From an uncultured virus (IMG/VR IMGVR_UViG_3300035183_001077) (lineage: Duplodnaviria; Heunggongvirae; Uroviricota; Caudoviricetes), in the IMG/VR virus record IMGVR_UViG_3300035183_001077: 64,000 nt of DNA; one strand, given 5' to 3'. This document shows, in pieces, positions 9,629 to 16,177 of this stretch. The translations under genes and the position numbers were made by a program. The first letter of the stretch is position 1; every line of letters starts with the position of its first letter. The notes under the pieces were generated by a model. The model was not told where the DNA came from and did no database searches. It saw nothing but the letters and a program-made list of their open reading frames with translations.

Positions 9629-9632
9629 TTTT
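9590..9632 (+). terminator. Intrinsic terminator
   Basis: 13-bp stem with GCAA tetraloop followed by a T-rich tract. Confidence 0.8.
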
Positions 9633-9697
9633 AAATTTTGCAAAGAAAAGTTAAATTATTTTCCTAATTATTAAAAAAATTAGAAAAATAATTTAGT

Positions 9698-9892
9698 ATG
9701 GAACTCACTCCCAAAATCCGGGAGGAGGAGGTTGCCCTCCTCGTCATCCCGACCCGCTTGGAGTGGGTTACCTTGGATCCCGCGAGCGTTTCGTGCCCCG
9801 CTTGCGGGTATCCTCTGGCAGCCCGTCTCACCGACGAGGACTGGGACGGGGTCTGCCCGGACTGCAAGGCTAACTTGACAGAGATCATGTAA
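9698..9892 (+). CDS. Small zinc-ribbon protein, probably leaderless
   Basis: CPAC...CPDC; no RBS; ATG sits 6 nt after an AATAAT motif. Confidence 0.6.
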   Translation: MELTPKIREEEVALLVIPTRLEWVTLDPASVSCPACGYPLAARLTDEDWDGVCPDCKANLTEIM

Positions 9893-10612
9893 CAGGATCT
9901 CTGCAGGTGGTCTTGCAGCCGCCGATGCCGGTAAAGGCTTTCGGTAAAGGCAAGGATGCCTGAACCGAGGGCTGAAGCCGGATAAGGCGGGGGCCCACCC
10001 GGCAGCTGTCCCCTGGGTATGGCTGCCGGGAGTTCGCACAAATCCCAGGGCGGTCGGGGGAGGCCGGTTTCCGGTTCCGGCCTGTGAACCCGGCTGAAGG
10101 GCACGGCCACGCCCTTGCTGCACGGTAGCGGCCCCGGTTGGGTGGGCAGAGGCCGTGTCGAGTAAGCTGCAACCGGGCCCCACGGTGAGCCGACATAGCC
10201 GTGGGGAAACGGGTGTCGGCCCAGAGGCAGGATTGTGGGGTTTCCGCCTTAGCCCCACAGCCCTGGGTTAAAGATGGGCACAAAAAAAGGCGGCGCCTCC
10301 TGTCCCGTAGAGGCCGGGCACGGGCAGGAGGACGACTGGAAAACCCCATCCGGCCTGCCGACCCAGGGGAGGCTGGACGCCTCTTGGGTTACGGGGTCAG
10401 AGGCAGGCCACCGCGGTAGTTTGCCGCGGTCCCGGCTCCGCGCTGGGGCGGCAGCGCGGATAAATGACAGGCCGCCCTGGAGGCCTCTAACATGGAAGTG
10501 TCATAGAGGTACCTCCAGGGCCTGCGGAGACAGCCCCCGCAGGAAGGCCTGTCTAACCCGCCATCCCCCCGTCGTGAGACGCGGGGATGTGAGTCCATAG
10601 CTAGGACTCACC
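9893..10612 (+). ncRNA. Large (~700 nt) GC-rich structured RNA with tandem H-type pseudoknots
   Basis: At least four hairpins whose loops have 7-nt perfect complements just downstream; G:U pairs favour + strand; no credible ORF. Confidence 0.7.
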
Positions 10613-10674
10613 GCAATGTTTTTTAAATATTCAATCTCATTTAATTTATACATTTTACCACAAATAATTTCCTG

Positions 10675-10706
10675 TTCCTGCTGGAGCTGAGAAGCTCCGG
10701 CGGGAA
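10675..10706 (+). other. 14-bp hairpin with GAGA (GNRA) tetraloop
   Basis: TTCCTGCTGGAGCT-GAGA-AGCTCCGGCGGGAA, directly after an AAATAATT motif. Confidence 0.6.
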
Positions 10707-10760
10707 AACACTTCTTATATTTTTTTACTTTTGCCACACCTAGAACACCAAAGATCTGAC

Positions 10761-10789
10761 TTGACAACTGGCTGCCAGGTGAGTATAAT
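10761..10789 (+). promoter_or_regulatory. Consensus sigma70 promoter for the array/effector locus
   Basis: TTGACA (10761-10766), 17-nt spacer, TATAAT (10784-10789). Confidence 0.85.
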
Positions 10790-10820
10790 ACCATCCCATC
10801 ACCGATAAAAGACAACGGTA

Positions 10821-11550
10821 GGGAAGGCATAAGATAGACGCTACTAATAATAGTGGAATAAAAGGCAGAAGATAGACTTATACAAGGAAGGAGATAGACC
10901 GTCGTAGAGATGGATATAATTCTAACATTAGTAAGGATAGTGAAATAAGAGGCAGAAGATAGACTAACAAATAGACGATTCTCACGTCCAAAAATTTAAA
11001 GGAAATAACTAAATGGACTGGCCTGACCTCCATACAAACTGGCGCTGTCTATCCGCCAGGGGCTGCGACTCTCGTGTATGTATCTGCATTGGGAGCAGAT
11101 ACTTACGAAGGAGCGGCTCGAATGGCTGTAAAGTCTCTGCCTTCAGGTCAGTGCCAGTCCATATAATAAAAACAATGGCAGAGGGTAGACGATTAGGGAT
11201 TACGTAGTAAGATACTACAGGAAAGACGTAAGTGTAAAGAAGGCAGAAGATAGACAATGCACAAAAGGAGACACTATAAAAGTGAATGTAAAGAAGGCAG
11301 AGGATAGACAGTGTGTCAAAAAGTATTATAAAAAGTAAGTATAAAGAAGGCAGGAGATAGACTATAATCTCAAAGGTAAAGAAGGCAGAGGATAGACGGC
11401 AACCCTGCTGTCGGTAGAAGAGGGCAGAAGATAGACAGATGATTAGAAAGAAGGCAGATGATAGACAGAACACAACAAATGAATATAAAGAAGGCAGAAG
11501 ATAGACGGACGTGATAAACAATAAGTAAAAAAAGAAGGCAGAAGATAGAC
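10821..11550 (+). CRISPR. Atypical CRISPR-like array: 13 copies of a 19-nt repeat with irregular spacers, interrupted by a tracr-like RNA
   Basis: Consensus AAGAAGGCAGAAGATAGAC; copies end at 10839, 10877, 10899, 10964, 11190, 11255, 11309, 11362, 11397, 11436, 11466, 11506 and 11550; spacers are unique. Confidence 0.75.
11013..11162 (+). ncRNA. tracrRNA/scaffold-like RNA with split anti-repeat
   Basis: Closing stem 11013-11029/11145-11162; hairpin loop GTCTATC (11047-11053) complements repeat 3' GATAGAC; CTCTGCCTTC (11135-11144) complements repeat GAAGGCAGAG. Confidence 0.75.
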
Positions 11551-11588
11551 GGGAAGTGATCAGAAAGCAGACGGGAGGTAAGGCGCCT

Positions 11589-12881
11589 ATGGCAGATCAG
11601 CTTCTGACAGTCAGATTTCGTGTTCCCAAAACAACCAGGTGGCAACAAGCCGCTTTGGAAAAATTTGGGAACATTTATGCTCAAACTGTTGTTAATCTGT
11701 GTCGTTGGGCACAAGACGGTTTTGATTTTAATGAGATGAGTGATCCAATTGATACTTATAGAATAGCAAAACTTTTGCCTTCATGTGAGGAAGTATACGC
11801 TGATTCAAGATTGTTGCACAGTTCGTTGAAAGCGAGTTTAGTCCTCGATGCTGCTTCTAAAATAGCTGCTTACGCTAAATTATGCAAGTTATATAAAGAA
11901 GGAAAGTTAAAATACCGTCCAAAATTCTGGGCAACGGGAAGGAGAGTTCCTTCAAAGTCTTATGAAGAGTTACTTGACGATGCTAAGTATAAAATTTTTG
12001 AAACTAATCGAGAATTTCTTGAATGGCAAAGTGATTTGATGACGTATTACCGTCCGTCTCAGGAAAAGAGACCACCACTTGGTGAATGCTTATTTTTTGC
12101 CGGTGCATCAGGTCAGAGGTTTTGCCATATTATTGCTAAAAGACACAACGGTGAACTTCAGGCCGCTGCTGTTTTGTTTATTGCAGCTAAAAATACACTT
12201 CCTGGATTGACTATAGGTCGTAGCGATGGGTGGATTGATTTGACTACAGGTAAACCTTATTACATTTCTACTAAGACAGCCATTATGTTGCCTTTACTTG
12301 TACGAACAGAATATATTAAAAATTTCATAGGAATGGCTCTGGAAGGGAAAGCCAGGCCTGCTGCTTCAAAATTATTCCGCCGTCGCCGCCATGAAAAGGA
12401 GAAATGGACATGGTACGTATCTACTACATTTAGAGTGAATTGCCCGAAACCCTATGAAACCAGCACTTATATCGAAGTCGAAGCACAATATAAAGAAGAT
12501 AAGGCTCCGTCAGTAATTGTAAAACTACCTGACAAAGAAATTGAGGTATTTTCCAACGTATATGATAATCATTTGAATGCTGTAACTCAACAGCAGCATG
12601 AACGTATCCGTCAGTATCAGAAAAAATTTAGATTTAGAAATGTTACTGGAATACACAAGGAAGGTGCTGTTTGGAAAATGCATTTACATATGGCAGCTAA
12701 TTCTATAATTGATATCGCCAGAACTAACAATTATGGTATTACCTGGGTTGGTGGTGCTCCACACAGGCTTAAACGTCTACCTCACTTTATCATGCAGAAA
12801 GCTCGTCTATCTGGAGTACCGACAAAATGGGTGAAAAAGATGAAAAAATCTGGTACGGAGCAGCATGAAGAAAAAACATAA
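11589..12881 (+). CDS. Nuclease-dead TnpB/Cas12-like RNA-guided DNA-binding protein (430 aa)
   Basis: TnpB-like N terminus (TVRFRV...QQAALE..Y), WYVSTTF...P.PY, H..ANSII..A and FIMQKARLSGVPTKWV motifs; RuvC-I/II degenerate; no Zn finger or RuvC-III; GGAGGT RBS before ATG 11589. Confidence 0.7.
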   Translation: MADQLLTVRFRVPKTTRWQQAALEKFGNIYAQTVVNLCRWAQDGFDFNEMSDPIDTYRIAKLLPSCEEVYADSRLLHSSLKASLVLDAASKIAAYAKLCKLYKEGKLKYRPKFWATGRRVPSKSYEELLDDAKYKIFETNREFLEWQSDLMTYYRPSQEKRPPLGECLFFAGASGQRFCHIIAKRHNGELQAAAVLFIAAKNTLPGLTIGRSDGWIDLTTGKPYYISTKTAIMLPLLVRTEYIKNFIGMALEGKARPAASKLFRRRRHEKEKWTWYVSTTFRVNCPKPYETSTYIEVEAQYKEDKAPSVIVKLPDKEIEVFSNVYDNHLNAVTQQQHERIRQYQKKFRFRNVTGIHKEGAVWKMHLHMAANSIIDIARTNNYGITWVGGAPHRLKRLPHFIMQKARLSGVPTKWVKKMKKSGTEQHEEKT

Positions 12882-13923
12882 CCGTGTTCAACCACCAAGA
12901 CTAGAACTCGATTTCGATTATTTCAGCAGGGAATTGTATTTTTCTTCACGCAGAAATACGGTATTTTTTATTAACTATAAGTTTGATCGCGTTTTTACGT
13001 TTGACTTACAAACATTTCAGCAGAATGGTCAAACAGCTATTCCAAAATTGGAAAATAAAAGAATACTTCACGTTCTTCCAATACCTCAGACAGGTGATTT
13101 TCTGGGAATATGGGGAAGTTATCAGAGTTACGATTTAGGCATTTTTACTGATATGGGAATTATTAAGCTCTACCAGCGGTTACCTTTTCTAGTTAAAGCT
13201 CCCTATTTTGCCTTTGAACTGATCGAAATAGTAACAGGTAATGATAAGATTATATTAATGGACTATAATAAATCGTCAATAATCGTTTTGCACATAGAAC
13301 CTGATACAAAAAACTATGACTTACAAATAATAAAAGCAGCACTGCCGGATCTTGTGTTATGTGATAGGCTGGTAGCAAATCGTTATATTCTCTGTTCCCC
13401 TGATGGAGATTACAATGTATGTTTATTTGATTTAAATACGTTGGAATATTCGGATCCAATAACTATTTACAGTGGATGCAGGAAATTTTATTATAGCCCG
13501 AAATATGATCGCTTACTAATTTCGTGCTATGGTACTTTGATGGAATTTCGTAACGCATCTGCTCATGGTGCGAATTATCAGCTGGCTTACTGTCGACAAT
13601 ATGCTCAGGGTGCTCAGGGGAGGATAGCTGAAATTCTTGCCTGTAAAGACGATGCTATTGACTGTTTGTGTATTACAGATCGCAACAAGAGGTTCAAATT
13701 AGTAAGATTGTGGCCTTACAGATTGTGGTCATGTTATGGAGAATTCAGTTGCTATCACAAAGGTATTGACTGGTGCGCTTTGGATTTAGATGGTGATGAG
13801 AAATATTTGTTTACTAAAATTCGTCGCAACCGTAATAACACCCGTTCTTACATAATACACTACTCAGAGCTGGAGGAGGTAAGCTATGCAAGCGACAGTA
13901 ACCCAGATCAATCAAACCAATGA
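12865..13923 (+). CDS. Hypothetical protein, beta-propeller-like pattern
   Basis: 352-aa ORF overlapping the effector stop; repeated short beta strands. Confidence 0.65.
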   Translation: MKKKHNRVQPPRLELDFDYFSRELYFSSRRNTVFFINYKFDRVFTFDLQTFQQNGQTAIPKLENKRILHVLPIPQTGDFLGIWGSYQSYDLGIFTDMGIIKLYQRLPFLVKAPYFAFELIEIVTGNDKIILMDYNKSSIIVLHIEPDTKNYDLQIIKAALPDLVLCDRLVANRYILCSPDGDYNVCLFDLNTLEYSDPITIYSGCRKFYYSPKYDRLLISCYGTLMEFRNASAHGANYQLAYCRQYAQGAQGRIAEILACKDDAIDCLCITDRNKRFKLVRLWPYRLWSCYGEFSCYHKGIDWCALDLDGDEKYLFTKIRRNRNNTRSYIIHYSELEEVSYASDSNPDQSNQ

Positions 13924-14782
13924 AGCTCAAAATCTAACTCCAATTGGCAAAATACTGTTCTGGACAGTAAAGAATATTGTCCCTGTTGACAAATTTAATA
14001 ATTTCCTGAATTACCTAGACGAGAATGGTTATCATTACCGCCTGTACAATACCGTAGTGAATTATCACCGACTTGTATCAGCAGCATCTTCTTTAACAGA
14101 AATATTAAATAAAAAATATGCTGAAGAACATTCGGGTGAAACCATAGAGTATTTCTATGATGTAACAGTTCGTCCAGAAAAGAAGCTTGGTGAAAAGAAC
14201 TGGAGAATAATCGTTCAGGCTCCAAACAGTCCTGACCTATATTCTACCAGTCTAGTAGTGAGGATAACAGAAGATTTATTCTCGCCTGTTAAATTTGTTA
14301 CTGGCGATCAGGAACTGTTCAATTTGTTATTGGATCAGATGGGTAATTATGTTCATGGTTTGGCCGTAGGTCAGGTTCTGATATCTTTAATAAAATATTA
14401 TTTTGGTATTACTTTACGTGGATGCGGGGGGTTGTACTTTGTTCCTTCGCCGTATGATACGAAGTTTGAAGAGTTACAGGATAAACTGCTGGAATTGTGC
14501 AATTGTGATCTTACTATGTACACAGTCGTAGATGCTAAAAAAGATGTTGAGAATATTTACGAAAATGTTCTTGAGCATCTGAAAGAAATTAAGAAAGGTA
14601 TTGAGTCTCGCATTATTAACAGAGTACGTAAGATAAGGGAAAAAACACGAGACCAGTTAATCCAGACCATTCAAGAAAGCCTTGATGCAATTCGCATTTA
14701 TAAGAATTTGTTGAAACAGAGTATGAGCGATATTGAAAAAGAATTTTACAACATTATGCAAGAGGTGCAGAAGGCTGGATAG
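13886..14782 (+). CDS. Conserved hypothetical protein (DUF3150/DUF6744-like)
   Basis: LRGCGGLYFVP motif followed by a helical coiled-coil C terminus; GGAGG RBS. Confidence 0.5.
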   Translation: MQATVTQINQTNEAQNLTPIGKILFWTVKNIVPVDKFNNFLNYLDENGYHYRLYNTVVNYHRLVSAASSLTEILNKKYAEEHSGETIEYFYDVTVRPEKKLGEKNWRIIVQAPNSPDLYSTSLVVRITEDLFSPVKFVTGDQELFNLLLDQMGNYVHGLAVGQVLISLIKYYFGITLRGCGGLYFVPSPYDTKFEELQDKLLELCNCDLTMYTVVDAKKDVENIYENVLEHLKEIKKGIESRIINRVRKIREKTRDQLIQTIQESLDAIRIYKNLLKQSMSDIEKEFYNIMQEVQKAG

Positions 14783-14788
14783 AAAACC

Positions 14789-16156
14789 ATGACCGACCTA
14801 CCACTCATCAAGGTATCCCTTGATGAATTAAAAGTTATAAAGAAATATGAAGATTATAACGTGGGAACAAGTTCAGAAATTGTTAAAAATAACTACTTAT
14901 ATAGCGCTGGTTTGTTTGGCAATACTCACTCAGGTGCTAGTGAGCTTAGTATCTCAAAATATGACTTATCTACAAGAATGATAATCGCTATAATAACTTT
15001 TGATCTTGCACAAATATGTCCTAAACTGGCTTCCGTACTTTCCCACATACCAGGTTCGTTATACATAAAGTGGTTAGCTCCAGTCGACGGTGATGAGTTA
15101 TGGCTGATAGCAATTAGTACGGAAGTATTGTCCAATATCTTGTATACAACAAGTATTATAAAATTAAAAGCATCAGACCTTTCCATAATTGATATTTCAG
15201 AACGACAAATTGATGCCACGCCAGATAGGAACAATTTTGTTGCCATGACGTTTGGAAAAGCCAAATTAAAGCCGAAAAGTTGGTTTCATGGTATTCAATT
15301 AGAAATGAAACATATGAAATTTTGCCCATGCTACGATAGGTTAAGGACTACTTTCAATGTTCGTATTACAAATGGTCGCAGATACGTTGGTGGATTTGAT
15401 GAAGGATTGGATACTCCGGTATGGTTTGCCATAAGCTGCTGTAAGTATTATGACACATGCCTGTATGCTAGTATGGAGAATAGTAATTGTTATTTTGGCT
15501 GGGGAAAGAAGTGGTCTAGAGGCGGTACTAATATAGATAGATTATATACCGTCAAATTTAATGAAAACTTCTCCGTAGTTGAATTAAAACATGTTGACAT
15601 AGATGGTAAAATTATTAATGCATACCCTATATGGGATGTAAACTATTCTTTTTCCCATAACACTTTGATTTGTGTTAAAATGTACATTCCCAGATCTGGT
15701 ATAGAAATACTGGTCTTCGATGATGACGGTACTTTCGTTTATCAAATACCGATAAAGTTTATTATTGGTACGGACCATACTGGTACGTTCACTTGTATCT
15801 TTTCCGATGATCCAGTTAATAATTTTATATACTTCACTTGTTATAAAGAATATATATCACATGCTGTTTTAGGATATATAAGTTTTGACCACGATAGCAA
15901 AACAATTACAGTTCATGTTACCAATCCAATAAATACTGGTTATAACGAGTCAGATTATTTGGAGTGGGTCGATACTTACATACATCCTGAATATCTTTGC
16001 CTTACAGGCAAGTTCACTTATAAATCGCTTGACATACTGCTATTTCCCGTACAATGGTTGCACGATAATGTAATTAAAAGCGAAACTTTTGCAGCAGAAA
16101 GGTATGAATTTGATAAAAAGGAAATATATGAAGTACAGAAGAGCTGTGTATGCTGA
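14789..16156 (+). CDS. Tandem paralogue family member 1
   Basis: Shares SKYDL, MTFGKAKLKP, GRxYVGGF, PVWFAIxCC, LGYIxFDHD and FPVQWLHDN blocks with its neighbours. Confidence 0.85.
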   Translation: MTDLPLIKVSLDELKVIKKYEDYNVGTSSEIVKNNYLYSAGLFGNTHSGASELSISKYDLSTRMIIAIITFDLAQICPKLASVLSHIPGSLYIKWLAPVDGDELWLIAISTEVLSNILYTTSIIKLKASDLSIIDISERQIDATPDRNNFVAMTFGKAKLKPKSWFHGIQLEMKHMKFCPCYDRLRTTFNVRITNGRRYVGGFDEGLDTPVWFAISCCKYYDTCLYASMENSNCYFGWGKKWSRGGTNIDRLYTVKFNENFSVVELKHVDIDGKIINAYPIWDVNYSFSHNTLICVKMYIPRSGIEILVFDDDGTFVYQIPIKFIIGTDHTGTFTCIFSDDPVNNFIYFTCYKEYISHAVLGYISFDHDSKTITVHVTNPINTGYNESDYLEWVDTYIHPEYLCLTGKFTYKSLDILLFPVQWLHDNVIKSETFAAERYEFDKKEIYEVQKSCVC

Positions 16157-16177
16157 GAAATGAAACAAGGATAAACT

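Noticed and set aside
9893..10612. RNase P RNA, group I/II intron or full tmRNA
   Set aside because: I could not find their hallmark conserved sequences or a tRNA-like end, and no interrupted host gene flanks the region. A covariance-model search is still needed.
9664..10830. Multiple overlapping ORFs of 69-192 aa on both strands in the GC island
   Set aside because: Pro/Arg/Gly/Ala-rich shadow frames expected from high GC, with no RBS; base-pairing explains the sequence better. Only 9698..9892 was kept.
11260..11271. Spacer segment CACAAAAGGAGA matches the RBS region near 8898-8909 (self-targeting?)
   Set aside because: Only 12 nt, A-rich, includes a generic RBS and is not flush with the repeat end; compatible with chance. 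I found no convincing protospacer in the window by eye.
10821..11550. Repeats as replication-origin iterons
   Set aside because: Spacing is not helically phased, no initiator gene is adjacent, and a dedicated RNA complementary to both repeat halves plus a TnpB-like gene fit a guide array better. Disfavoured, not formally excluded.
11009..11714. Minus-strand ORFs (170 aa, 114 aa) and 11013..11207 across the array
   Set aside because: Their repeated LSSAFF/SIFCLL peptides are just translations of the repeat; no independent coding signal.
11556..12881. Ordinary IS200/IS605 or IS607 element
   Set aside because: No TnpA/serine recombinase, no evident element ends, no room for a 3' omegaRNA (next gene overlaps the stop), and RuvC appears inactive.
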